A stretch of DNA of 38,121 nt, from contig CAZXCW010000005.1 in the NCBI GenBank assembly GCA_964639385.1, positions 1 through 38,121 on the forward strand. Reading direction: 5' to 3'. Positions 20,452-29,772 of the stretch are shown here, piece after piece. The stretch is from an uncultured Nitrospiraceae bacterium (GTDB taxonomy: Bacteria > Nitrospirota > Thermodesulfovibrionia > Thermodesulfovibrionales > SM23-35). A program made the translations under genes and the position numbers. Below the pieces are notes generated by a model. That model had not been told where the DNA came from. It searched no databases and saw only the letters and a program-made list of their open reading frames with translations. Positions within the stretch are counted from its first letter, which is position 1, and every line of letters begins with the position of its first letter.

Positions 20452-21756
20452 ATGCATCTTTCCAAATATCTCAAGATATACCCTCATAAAGAAAAACCTG
20501 ATTATCATCTCTTCTATTCCACGAAAAAGGCATCCATCATTCTCTTACATGAATCCACGTTGGAATCCATGGGCGAAGGGTCTCTTTCTCCATCTGATGA
20601 AGACACTCTTGCAGAACTCGGCTTTTTAGTGCCTGATTTAGATAAAGAGAGGGATGAGATGCTCAGCCTCATTGATGAGGCCAATAAGAGAAGAAAAAGA
20701 TTTAATGCCGTCGTTGTCATGAACCTCGACTGTAATCTGCGCTGTAGATACTGTTATGAAGAAGGAATGAAGGGAAGGTTCTACATGTCTTCAGAGACAG
20801 CAGACCTCCTGATTGATTTTATAGAAAGGCATTATCTTGCCGATGGAAAGACTGTTCATCTTGATTTCTATGGAGGAGAACCACTTCTCAGCATTGAGCT
20901 CATAAAGTATATCTCTAAAAGACTGAGGTCTGCTGTAGAGGAAAGAGGTCTTACATATACTTTTAACCTCGTGACAAATGGAACTTTTCTGAAAAGAAAG
21001 ATCGCAGAGGAGCTGGCATTACTTGGTCTAAAGAGTGCAAAAATAACCATAGATGGCCCAAGGGAAAACCATGATATTTTCAGGCCCTTCAAGACGGGCT
21101 CAGGCACCTTTGATGTAATCATCAGGAATATCAAAGATAATAGTGGGGTTATCAAGATTCAGATTGGTGGCAATTACACCCGTGAAAATTACAGGGATTT
21201 CCCTCGCCTCTTTGATTATCTGCTTGAAGAGGATCTTACTCCTGATAAAATCTCTACTGTAAAGTTTGACCCCATCACAAAGGCAGGTGGTGATTTTGCC
21301 CTCTCTGACTTCAGGAAGGGATGTGAATCAATCAACGAACCCTGGCTCTTTGAGGCAAGCCTGTTCCTGAGGGAAGAGATTTTGAAGAGAGGCTTCAACA
21401 CTCCAAAGATACGCCCATCCCCCTGTATGATAGAAATACAGGACGATATCGTTGTTAACTTTGATGGAACCATTTATAAATGCCCTGGCTTGATAGGCTG
21501 GAAGGGCTTTGAGGTTGGAGATTTAAGGACAGGTATAAAGGACTACAGAGAATCACACAACCTTGACGTATGGAAAAGACAGGAATGCCTTGACTGCGAA
21601 TACCTGCCCCTCTGCTTCGGTGGATGCAGATATATGAAGCTACTGAGAGATGGAAGGATTGATGATGTGGACTGCAGAAAACCTTATCTCGATGCCACAC
21701 TGGAGGCATTTATTAAACAGGACATAAAATATAGACTGAAGGCCGATTCACATTGA
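20452..21756 (+). CDS. Radical SAM/SPASM peptide maturase (geopeptide-maturase-like)
   Basis: CNLRCRYC, FYGGEPLL, TNG; SPASM C...DGTIYKC...CLDCEYLPLCFGGC...C; ~80-aa N-terminal extension likely an RRE. Confidence 0.9.
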   Translation: MHLSKYLKIYPHKEKPDYHLFYSTKKASIILLHESTLESMGEGSLSPSDEDTLAELGFLVPDLDKERDEMLSLIDEANKRRKRFNAVVVMNLDCNLRCRYCYEEGMKGRFYMSSETADLLIDFIERHYLADGKTVHLDFYGGEPLLSIELIKYISKRLRSAVEERGLTYTFNLVTNGTFLKRKIAEELALLGLKSAKITIDGPRENHDIFRPFKTGSGTFDVIIRNIKDNSGVIKIQIGGNYTRENYRDFPRLFDYLLEEDLTPDKISTVKFDPITKAGGDFALSDFRKGCESINEPWLFEASLFLREEILKRGFNTPKIRPSPCMIEIQDDIVVNFDGTIYKCPGLIGWKGFEVGDLRTGIKDYRESHNLDVWKRQECLDCEYLPLCFGGCRYMKLLRDGRIDDVDCRKPYLDATLEAFIKQDIKYRLKADSH

Positions 21757-22316
21757 GCCCATCGAGCGCCAGAAATCTCTTCATCTTTACCGCTGTCAGT
21801 TCTATATGGGCGATTGTATTGGGATTTATAGGTCCCTTTTATGTACTTCAGGTTGAGAAGCTAAGTGGCGGAATGGAGAAACTCGGGATAGCCTTCAGTA
21901 TCATGGTACTTCTCCAATCCCTTACCACATATTTTGCAGGTCGTTTTTCTGATAAATTAGGGAGGAAGCCCTTTCTCTTTCTGACAGCATACACAGATGC
22001 AACAACTCTCTTTCTTTACACGGTTATCAAAGAAACCTATCAATTATATCTCCTCCAGGCAATGCTTGGTATCACAAATGGTATAGCAGGGACAATCGGG
22101 ACGTCCTTCCTCGGAGACCTGACCATAAAGGAAAAGAGGGGAAGGGCTGTAGGTAAGTTCAATGCGATTGTCAGCCTTTGTGCGGCAACAGGTCTTGCTC
22201 TCGGTGGTTATCTGGTTAAACTATATGGCTTGAAATCCTTATTTTATGTCGCCTCAGTAGTTGTGGCATTTTCGACTGTACTATTATTCTTCATAAAAGA
22301 AGATAATCACAAATAG
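21753..22316 (+). CDS. Half-size (about 6 TM) MFS-type membrane protein
   Basis: MFS motif A GRFSDKLGRK, EKRGRAVG; 187 aa; start overlaps the rSAM stop. Confidence 0.75.
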   Translation: MSPSSARNLFIFTAVSSIWAIVLGFIGPFYVLQVEKLSGGMEKLGIAFSIMVLLQSLTTYFAGRFSDKLGRKPFLFLTAYTDATTLFLYTVIKETYQLYLLQAMLGITNGIAGTIGTSFLGDLTIKEKRGRAVGKFNAIVSLCAATGLALGGYLVKLYGLKSLFYVASVVVAFSTVLLFFIKEDNHK

Positions 22317-22478
22317 TCAGGGGTGCAGACAGGTTTGCAAAGTACCCTCACTATATCCTGCATATGCCAGCAGCTTGAAATAATCGTTGGGTTCGTGTTC
22401 CAAAATTTTCGTCAAGTTTGAACTTCATTAATATTAATCATCAAGTTGTTTCGGCTGGGACTTAAACATCAGGCTTTT

Positions 22479-22713
22479 TTACAAGTATATTCCGCCTTCC
22501 CGCTTGTTCATATCTCTTGCAGTTATAATCAAGGCTTTGTTATCAATTATCAAGTTTCCTTATAAAAAATACCGAAAGATAACGTTCCCCTTTTGTTCTG
22601 CCAAGGGCATTATAGAAATCCTCTCCTTCAATCTTGCTACTTTCCCATTTAAATACTTTGCATTTGCCTGTTAATATTTCTTCAACCCCTTGCGGAAGGA
22701 CACCATGTCTCCA
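22479..22713 (-). pseudogene. BrnT-family toxin remnant
   Basis: WRHGVLPQGVEEIL...EGEDFYNALGRTKGERYLSVFFIRKLDN, then a frameshift from a 7-bp duplication (22540-22553), then KALIITARDMNKRE; no start codon. Confidence 0.7.
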
Positions 22714-22750
22714 CCCTATAAGAGATACTCTGATTGATTATATTCTTATC

Positions 22751-23077
22751 TTATTCACTATAAACAATAATACCAGTTTCGAGTATCTCTCTTACAAATC
22801 CTTTTTTATCTCTAAGCTGCTTAGGGGTAAGTCCTATTGGTTCGATAGGCTCTCCGAATTTATGATGGGCTTTACTCAATATTAATTGACGCTCAAAGAT
22901 ATCTAATTTTTGAAATGTTGGGGAGACAACTGCAATGTCTATGTCGCTATATTCTCTCTGCCTCCCTTTTGCATAAGAGCCATATAGGATGACTTGCGAA
23001 ACCTTCACTCCAAGCTTTTTAAGCTCATTGATATATCTTATTATGATATTTTCAATCTCTTGTCTTTTTTTAACCAT
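22751..23077 (-). CDS. Minimal nucleotidyltransferase (MNT; antitoxin-type)
   Basis: VILYGSYAKG...SDIDIAVVS motif; overlaps the HEPN gene. Confidence 0.88.
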   Translation of the reverse strand: MVKKRQEIENIIIRYINELKKLGVKVSQVILYGSYAKGRQREYSDIDIAVVSPTFQKLDIFERQLILSKAHHKFGEPIEPIGLTPKQLRDKKGFVREILETGIIVYSE

Positions 23078-23436
23078 TTTATTAATGCCCTTGTTCTTCT
23101 CAGATAATTCTCAACTTTATCTCTCTTAAAAGCTTTAATCATAGCATCAATATCTTCAGGATATCTTGTAACAATACTCAGGTCATTGAGAGATTCCAGT
23201 GTTTCAAGATAGTTTTCCGGCAGTTTAAGTTCAATTGTTTTTGATAGGTAAATCAGGTTATGTGTTTTAGGTGGAATTTTTCCTAACACAGCTTCGTATA
23301 ATCCTTTAAGTAACTTTTCCACTGACAGGTGGCACATAAAGAGGACATAGATATACCTGCTTGTTTTGAACATATGTTCCGCGGTCTTTAAATCATAATT
23401 TGAAGACTTAATCCAGTTTGTTATGTGTTTATGCAT
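23041..23436 (-). CDS. HEPN domain protein (partner of MNT)
   Basis: WIKSSNYDLKTA, CHLSVEKLLKG, PKTHNL, TRYP. Confidence 0.88.
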   Translation of the reverse strand: MHKHITNWIKSSNYDLKTAEHMFKTSRYIYVLFMCHLSVEKLLKGLYEAVLGKIPPKTHNLIYLSKTIELKLPENYLETLESLNDLSIVTRYPEDIDAMIKAFKRDKVENYLRRTRALIKWLKKDKRLKIS

Positions 23437-23439
23437 ACC

Positions 23440-24975
23440 CTAAAATACCCCCCTATCCAGTGTCCTATATTGAATGGCTTCTGAGACATGGTGGGGATGA
23501 ATCTCCTCAGATGCCTCAAGGTCAGCAATGGTGCGGGATAACTTCAATATCCTCGTATATGCCCTCGCTGAAAGACCGAGTTTCTGCATTGCCGTGTCAA
23601 GCAGTATTTGGGCATCTGAATGCAGTTTGCAATATTTCTTCATATGCCTTGTCTTCATCTGGCCATTTGAATAAATCTTCTTATCATCTTTAAATCGTTC
23701 AAGCTGAACAGCCCTTGCAGCAATCATCCTTTTTCGTATTTCTTCAGATTTCTCACCCGAGTATTCGGTTGAAAGCTCCTTGTAAGGTACTGCTGGTACC
23801 TCAATATGTATATCAATTCGATCGAGAAGAGGACCTGAAACTCTGTGTCTATATCGATGTATCTGTGAAGGAGTGCATGTACATTGATGCCGGTTATCTC
23901 CCAGATATCCGCAGGGACAGGGATTCATGGCAGCAACAAGCATAAATGATGCTGGATAAGTTATTGATGCTACTGCCCTTGATACGGTCACCTCCCCATT
24001 TTCAAGAGGTTGTCTGAGTACCTCAAGCACGTTCCTTTTGAACTCTGGTAGCTCATCCAAGAATAGAATCCCATTGTGCGCGAGGCTAACCTCACCTGGT
24101 TTTGGGATCTGCCCCCCTCCTACTAATGCAACATCCGATATCGTGTGATGGGGAGAGCGGAAAGGCCTTGTTGCAAGAAGGGACTGCCCATCTCTGAGAA
24201 GGCCTATAACACTATGTATCCTCGTTGTTTCCAATGCCTCATCAAAGGTCATACCAGGAAGTATTGTCGGAAGTCTCTTTGAAAGCATCGTTTTACCCGA
24301 ACCAGGAGGCCCAATCATCAGCACATTGTGTCCACCAGAGGCAGCAACCTCGAGTGCCCTTTTTGCGTGCTCCTGGCCTTTAACCTCAAAAAAGTCATCC
24401 TCGTAGATTGAGTTTTCTTCAATAGCCTTTTCGACATCCACAACATAAGGTCTCTTAGGGTCATTATTGCTCAGAAAATCAACTACTTCAGGAAGACTCT
24501 TTATTCCAAATACGGGAACACCTTTGACAACAGCTGCCTCTGGAGCATTCTCCTCAGGAAGAATCACTCCTCTTAACCCTATTTCTCTTGCCCTCAGGGC
24601 CATTGATAAAGCGCCCTTTACAGGTTTGATCCTTCCATCGAGGGAAAGTTCACCTGTTAGGAGATAACCATCAATCGGGTCCGGTCCGATTATACCCTCT
24701 GCAGCAATAATTCCTATCGCAATTGGAAGGTCAAAAGATGAGCCTTCTTTTTTTAAATCGGCAGGTGCAAGATTGACTGTTATCTGCTTGAGGGGAAAAT
24801 TAAACCCTATATTTTTGAGTGCTGCCCTTACCCTGTCCTTTGATTCCTTTACAGCAGCATCTGGCAACCCAACCATTGAGAAATGAGGAAGACCCTTAGA
24901 TGTGATGTCTACCTCAACTTCAACAGTATGGGCATCGATCCCAATGATACTTGCACTCAGGACTCTAGAGAGCAT
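23440..24975 (-). CDS. comM: ComM/YifB Mg-chelatase-like AAA+ ATPase
   Basis: [57 protein letters not shown]. Confidence 0.95.
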   Translation of the reverse strand: MLSRVLSASIIGIDAHTVEVEVDITSKGLPHFSMVGLPDAAVKESKDRVRAALKNIGFNFPLKQITVNLAPADLKKEGSSFDLPIAIGIIAAEGIIGPDPIDGYLLTGELSLDGRIKPVKGALSMALRAREIGLRGVILPEENAPEAAVVKGVPVFGIKSLPEVVDFLSNNDPKRPYVVDVEKAIEENSIYEDDFFEVKGQEHAKRALEVAASGGHNVLMIGPPGSGKTMLSKRLPTILPGMTFDEALETTRIHSVIGLLRDGQSLLATRPFRSPHHTISDVALVGGGQIPKPGEVSLAHNGILFLDELPEFKRNVLEVLRQPLENGEVTVSRAVASITYPASFMLVAAMNPCPCGYLGDNRHQCTCTPSQIHRYRHRVSGPLLDRIDIHIEVPAVPYKELSTEYSGEKSEEIRKRMIAARAVQLERFKDDKKIYSNGQMKTRHMKKYCKLHSDAQILLDTAMQKLGLSARAYTRILKLSRTIADLEASEEIHPHHVSEAIQYRTLDRGVF

Positions 24976-25058
24976 TGGATAGATTATATTTTCTGAGGTG
25001 TCAGAAATTCAATACGTATGTTAAAATAACCAAATTATTTCATTTCTGGGGTTATCAA

Positions 25059-27467
25059 ATGGCACAAGTACAGGTAAGCATAGAAGAGGAGATGAAGGTT
25101 TCCTATCTTGATTATGCCATGAGCGTAATCATAGGCAGGGCACTTCCTGAAGTTAGAGATGGGTTGAAACCCGTACAGAGAAGAATACTCTATGCGATGT
25201 TCAGAGAGGGTCTCCTCCCCGGAAAGAAATACTCAAAATCTGCAGGCGTAGTAGGCGAGGTCTTAAAGAAATACCATCCACATGGAGACACAGCTGTTTA
25301 CGATGCCCTCGTTAGACTTGCACAAGACTTTAACATGCGATATCCTCTCATCGATGGACAAGGAAACTTTGGCTCTGTTGATGGAGACCCACCAGCTGCC
25401 TACAGGTACACAGAGGCAAGGCTTGCTGCCCTTGCAGAAGAACTCCTTACAGACATAGATAAAGAGACGGTTGACTTTATTCCAAATTTTGATGAGACAA
25501 CGGTAGAGCCTGTCGTATTGCCATCAAGGATTCCGAATTTAATCATAAACGGCTCCTCAGGCATTGCCGTTGGCATGGCTACAAACGTCCCCCCCCACAA
25601 CGACGGAGAGGGAATAGATGGCGTTGTTATGGCGCTCGAAGATCCAGAGACGAATATAAAAGACCTGATGGGTATCATAAAGGGCCCTGATTTTCCAACG
25701 GGCGGAATAATTCACGGAACCGAAGGGATCCTTCAGGCTTACAATGATGGAAAAGGGCTTATAAAAATAAGAGCAAGAGCGAGAATTGAGCGGGAGTACA
25801 GGGGCGGAGAGAACATCATCATTACAGAAATACCTTATCAAGTCAATAAAGCAAGGTTAATCGAGAAAATTGCTGAACTTGTTAGAGAAAAAAAGATTAC
25901 CGGAATATCCGAAATAAGAGACGAGTCCGATAGGGATGGTATTAGGGTTGTACTCGAACTGAAAAGAGGAGAGGTGGCAGAGGTTATCCTGAATAATCTT
26001 TATAAGCATACACAGATGGAGACCACCTTCGGTATCATTATGCTTACCCTTGTTAATGGCCAGCCCCGAATATTAGGCCTACAGAAACTACTCAATCATT
26101 TCTTGCAACACAGAAGGGATGTGGTTCTCAGGAGAACCCGTTTTGAATTAAGGAAGGCTGAAGAGAGGGCACATATTTTAGAGGGTTTAAAGATAGCTCT
26201 CGACCACCTCGATGAGATAATAGCCCTCATAAGGAGATCAAAGACACCAGAAGAAGCAAAGACTGCTTTAACTAAAAATTATCCACTCTCTGAGATACAG
26301 GCTCAAGCCATCCTTGATATGAGACTCGTGAGACTTACTGGCCTTGAGAGGGAAAAGATAATAAAAGAATTTGTAGATACATTGAAAGATATAGAAAGAT
26401 TGAAAGCGATACTTGGAAGCAATGCCCTTGTTTCAAATATCATTAAGGAGGAACTCCTTGAGATCAAGAATAAATACGCTGATGAAAGAAGGACTGAGAT
26501 CACTTCAGAGACAAAGGAGATCACCATAGAGGACCTCATAACTGATGAGGAGACGGTCATTACCCTTTCTCATCAAGGTTACATAAAAAGAAACCCTTTA
26601 AGTGCATACAGAAGTCAGCGGCGTGGAGGAAAGGGCCTTATCGGCATGGAGACGAAGGAAGAGGACTTTGTTGAAGAGCTTTTCATAGGAGCAACACATG
26701 ACTATATGCTTTTCTTTTCCAATCTTGGTCGCCTTTATTGGCTAAAGGCCTTCCAGATACCAGAGGCAGGCAGGGCTACAAGAGGTAAGGCTCTTGTGAA
26801 TCTGCTTACCCTCTCAGAGGGAGAGCGAATTACGACAGCCCTTCCTGTCCGTGACTTCAAAGAAGGTTTTCTTGTGATGTTCACAAAGAATGGGATAGTA
26901 AAAAAGACGGCCCTCGAGAAATACAGTAATCCCCGTGGAAAAGGGATTATCGCTATAGCCCTTGATGAAGGGGACGAGCTCATTGCCGTCAGAAAGACGG
27001 ATGGCAAAAGCGATCTCATTATAGGAACGAGAAACGGCCTTTCAATAAGATTCAATGAGGAAGATGTGCGTGACATGGGACGAACTGCTAAGGGGGTAAA
27101 AGGCATTAGACTCATGAAGGGAGATGAGGTTGTCTCAGCAGAAGTGGCAGAGGAAAAGACAGCCATCCTTACGGTGACAGAGAAGGGACAGGGGAAACGC
27201 TCTGCCATAGAAGATTATCCTGTTCAAGGACGTGGCGGTAAGGGCGTAATCTCAATCAAAACCACAGAAAAAGGTGGTAAAGCAGTTGGCCTGATGCAGG
27301 TGAGAGATGAAGATGAGCTCGTGATGATAACCAGTTCAGGGAAACTCATAAGAACCCTCGCGAGAGACATATCTCTCCATGGAAGGAACACACAGGGCGT
27401 AAGGTTGATGGATGTTGAAGGAGAAGACAAGATTGTTAGTATTGCAAAAGTTGTTGAAAGGGATTAA
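25059..27467 (+). CDS. gyrA: DNA gyrase subunit A
   Basis: [21 protein letters not shown], catalytic RYTEARL, GyrA box QRRGGKG, C-terminal pinwheel repeats; likely start ATG 25059. Confidence 0.97.
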   Translation: MAQVQVSIEEEMKVSYLDYAMSVIIGRALPEVRDGLKPVQRRILYAMFREGLLPGKKYSKSAGVVGEVLKKYHPHGDTAVYDALVRLAQDFNMRYPLIDGQGNFGSVDGDPPAAYRYTEARLAALAEELLTDIDKETVDFIPNFDETTVEPVVLPSRIPNLIINGSSGIAVGMATNVPPHNDGEGIDGVVMALEDPETNIKDLMGIIKGPDFPTGGIIHGTEGILQAYNDGKGLIKIRARARIEREYRGGENIIITEIPYQVNKARLIEKIAELVREKKITGISEIRDESDRDGIRVVLELKRGEVAEVILNNLYKHTQMETTFGIIMLTLVNGQPRILGLQKLLNHFLQHRRDVVLRRTRFELRKAEERAHILEGLKIALDHLDEIIALIRRSKTPEEAKTALTKNYPLSEIQAQAILDMRLVRLTGLEREKIIKEFVDTLKDIERLKAILGSNALVSNIIKEELLEIKNKYADERRTEITSETKEITIEDLITDEETVITLSHQGYIKRNPLSAYRSQRRGGKGLIGMETKEEDFVEELFIGATHDYMLFFSNLGRLYWLKAFQIPEAGRATRGKALVNLLTLSEGERITTALPVRDFKEGFLVMFTKNGIVKKTALEKYSNPRGKGIIAIALDEGDELIAVRKTDGKSDLIIGTRNGLSIRFNEEDVRDMGRTAKGVKGIRLMKGDEVVSAEVAEEKTAILTVTEKGQGKRSAIEDYPVQGRGGKGVISIKTTEKGGKAVGLMQVRDEDELVMITSSGKLIRTLARDISLHGRNTQGVRLMDVEGEDKIVSIAKVVERD

Positions 27468-27542
27468 GTTCTATAAATAGGCGCTGACTGCCATGCTTTG
27501 GCTCTTGTTTGGAGGCGGGAGGCTGTGGCAAATTTAGAGCAC

Positions 27543-27996
27543 TTATAAATAATTTGCCAGAACCAAAACCTTCATTTCTTCAATCTGCTTTAGTTTCTTG
27601 TCGTTAGTAAGGAAAGCATCTGTTCCAACATCAAGCGCAGCAGAAATTTGTATAGCATCAGTAGTTCTCAAAAACGGATATTTTCCCCTCAATCTGCCTG
27701 CTGCCTCAGCTATGCCTACTGAAATCTCGATCATATCAAGGTTTTTTCCATGCTTAAGAAATTCAGCAAATTTCCTGGCGAGTTTTTCATCTCCTTGTTC
27801 AACTGGTTTTGATAGAACTTCAGTAATGGTTATAACAGAAGAAAAGGCATTTAACGTTCCTGACTGAAAGGCTGTTACCGCTTTCTGTTACCGCTTTCTT
27901 GACAAGAGGTCCGAACTGTGGGTGAGCTTCTATGTAGTAGATAATCGGTGCTGTATCTATGAAAAGAGAATTTATTTGGGCGAGCTTATAGCTCAT
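27543..27996 (-). pseudogene. PIN-domain (VapC) toxin, frameshifted
   Basis: MSYKLAQINSLFIDTAPIIYYIE...; the 13-bp tandem duplication CTGTTACCGCTTT (27872-27897) shifts the frame. Removing it gives a 146-aa ORF with TITEVL, DAIQISAA and FLTNDKKL. Confidence 0.85.
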
Positions 27997-28217
27997 GCCC
28001 TGTCCTCCCTCAAGCGGTTGACGTATTCCTGTGCATCTTCACCTTTCCATAGCCCTTTTCCGAGACCGTAAAGTCCTTTCCAGTCAAGCTCTTTTTTCAT
28101 GGCAAGACGAGTTTTTCTTAACTGGTGGGCAAGACATTCCAATAATTTCAGTTGGTCTTTAGGTGTAAGTTTCTCAACTTCTTTTTCGATTTTTCCTAAT
28201 GTTGTTTCCTTTGGCAT
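27993..28217 (-). CDS. Putative antitoxin of the PIN toxin
   Basis: 74 aa, GGAGG RBS, LYGLGKGLWKGEDAQEYVNRLR tail; ATGA overlap with the PIN gene. Confidence 0.75.
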   Translation of the reverse strand: MPKETTLGKIEKEVEKLTPKDQLKLLECLAHQLRKTRLAMKKELDWKGLYGLGKGLWKGEDAQEYVNRLREDRA

Positions 28218-28644
28218 TTTAAGCCTCCTGGGCTTTTTATATCATTAGCATAACACATATGAATTTATCAATTAATATACGTTTGTCTTTTCCATCTCTG
28301 AAACTGGAAGGTAGGGAACTCCTTTAGTTTAGGAGTGCAGAAGTGCAAAAGCCAGACGTCAGAAGAAAGAAGTTTCCCTTTTGCATTTTTGCTCTTATTA
28401 AGAGGCGAGTGAGGGCGGGGGAAAATATAGATAATGTGTTAACAAAGTAGAATAAAAAACTGATATTGCAAGACTCGACCCTTAGGGGTGTTCAATCAAC
28501 GGAGGACATCTTTATTCTTTTCGCTATTTCCCCAGGGTTTTTATAAACCTCTTTTATGAGGGAATCAGGTATCCGTCCTGCAAGAAGAAACGATTCATCT
28601 CTATCATAATCCAGGACATCCACTAAATTACTCGCAAAATTTAC

Positions 28645-28682
28645 TTGACTTTTTTAATACACTATTATACACTTTGTATTAA
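28645..28682 (+). promoter_or_regulatory. Sigma-70 promoter of the lexA-like gene overlapped by a palindromic operator
   Basis: TTGACT (28645-28650)-17 bp-TACACT (28668-28673); IR TTAATACA (28654-28661)-N13-TGTATTAA (28675-28682); ATG at 28685 has no SD. Confidence 0.65.
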
Positions 28683-28684
28683 TT

Positions 28685-29311
28685 ATGAAGATACAGCTCA
28701 GTCAAAAACAAGCAGATGCACTTCGTTATGTACGAAACTGGCTTATGCATAAGGGCAAAACCCCATCTGTGCGTGAGCTGATGACAGCACTTGGATACAA
28801 ATCCCCTAGATCGGCTGCTTTAATTATTGAGGAATTAATCCAGAAAGGTATTTTGAGAAAGCGTTCAAATGGAGAGTTGCAGTTAATTAAAGATATTGAC
28901 GCAGATTCAGTTCATGCCCGCACAGTCGATATTCCTTTAGTTGGCATGGTAACCTGTGGAGTACCTATTTTAGCTCAGGAAAATATTGAGGGATATATTC
29001 CTGTATCTGTTTCCCTTGCAAAGCCCGGGTTTAAATACTTCTTGCTTAGGGCTAAAGGCGATTCCATGAACAAAGCCGGCATCAATGATGGAGATTTAAT
29101 ACTTGTTCGCCAGCAGTCAACCGCGCAAAATGGCGATATAGTTGTAGCACTGATTGACGATGAGGCGACTATAAAAGAGTTTCAACGTAGTAAAAATTGT
29201 GTTGTACTAATGCCAAGATCAAGTAATAAAAAATATAAGCCGATTATCCTGACTGAAAATTTTCAGGTTCAAGGAGTGGCTGTAACTACAATTCCAAAGT
29301 TGGAGGTTTGA
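28685..29311 (+). CDS. lexA: LexA-family repressor (winged HTH + S24 autopeptidase)
   Basis: TPSVRELMTALGYKSP HTH, IPLVGMVTCGVP cleavage region (Cys-Gly), catalytic GDSM and ATIK. Confidence 0.9.
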   Translation: MKIQLSQKQADALRYVRNWLMHKGKTPSVRELMTALGYKSPRSAALIIEELIQKGILRKRSNGELQLIKDIDADSVHARTVDIPLVGMVTCGVPILAQENIEGYIPVSVSLAKPGFKYFLLRAKGDSMNKAGINDGDLILVRQQSTAQNGDIVVALIDDEATIKEFQRSKNCVVLMPRSSNKKYKPIILTENFQVQGVAVTTIPKLEV

Positions 29312-29313
29312 AC

Positions 29314-29598
29314 ATGGCTAAAAAGACAGTGGATTTTAACAAGAAAGGAATAGGGAAGCTGCCAAACAACAAACCGGTCGTTTATAAGATACTTACAGAA
29401 GGCGGACAAAATAATTATACAGGTATAGCTCAAAAAGGTCGAGTTAAAGAAAGAATATCAGAACATTTATCAGGTGGCAAAGATTATGTTCCAGGCTCGA
29501 AAGTTCAAATTGAGCAAATAAAAAGCATCGAAGAGGCAAGGAAAAAAGAAACAGGTATTATTTCAAGAAGTGACCCAAAGTATAATAAACAGGAGTAA
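29314..29598 (+). CDS. Small GIY-YIG-like nuclease-domain protein
   Basis: PVVYKIL...NNYTGIAQKGRVKERISEH...EARKKE...PKYN; GGAGG RBS in the lexA 3' end. Confidence 0.7.
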   Translation: MAKKTVDFNKKGIGKLPNNKPVVYKILTEGGQNNYTGIAQKGRVKERISEHLSGGKDYVPGSKVQIEQIKSIEEARKKETGIISRSDPKYNKQE

Positions 29599-29772
29599 TA
29601 GTCTTGACCGCAAAGCAGACAAGGAGCCGTTTAAAAGGGGTAAGGAAGGAGAAGTAAAAGAGCCAATAATGTTTGAATTTGGTGGGGATAGAAGAAGGAA
29701 TTAAGAGAGCAAGATGAATAAGGTATGTGTTTCTAAATATCTAAGTCTAAATACCAAACTACTTTAAATATA

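Noticed and set aside
20354-20629. 91-aa ORF as the RiPP precursor
   Set aside because: It overlaps the rSAM gene out of frame and lacks an RBS; the 33-aa ORF at 20293 has a strong RBS and precursor features.
24975-25058. N-terminal extension of GyrA from TTG 24975
   Set aside because: It overlaps the comM start and is not GyrA-like; ATG 25059 is more plausible.
26735-27208. 157-aa minus-strand ORF and other short ORFs inside gyrA, comM, hdrA and the kinases
   Set aside because: Antisense or out-of-frame shadows of well-supported genes.
27543-27734. 63-aa stand-alone PIN protein
   Set aside because: It is only the distal part of the frameshifted 146-aa PIN gene.
28685-29598. Prophage immunity region
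   Set aside because: No divergent cro, integrase or phage structural genes; the protein has a LexA-type winged HTH.
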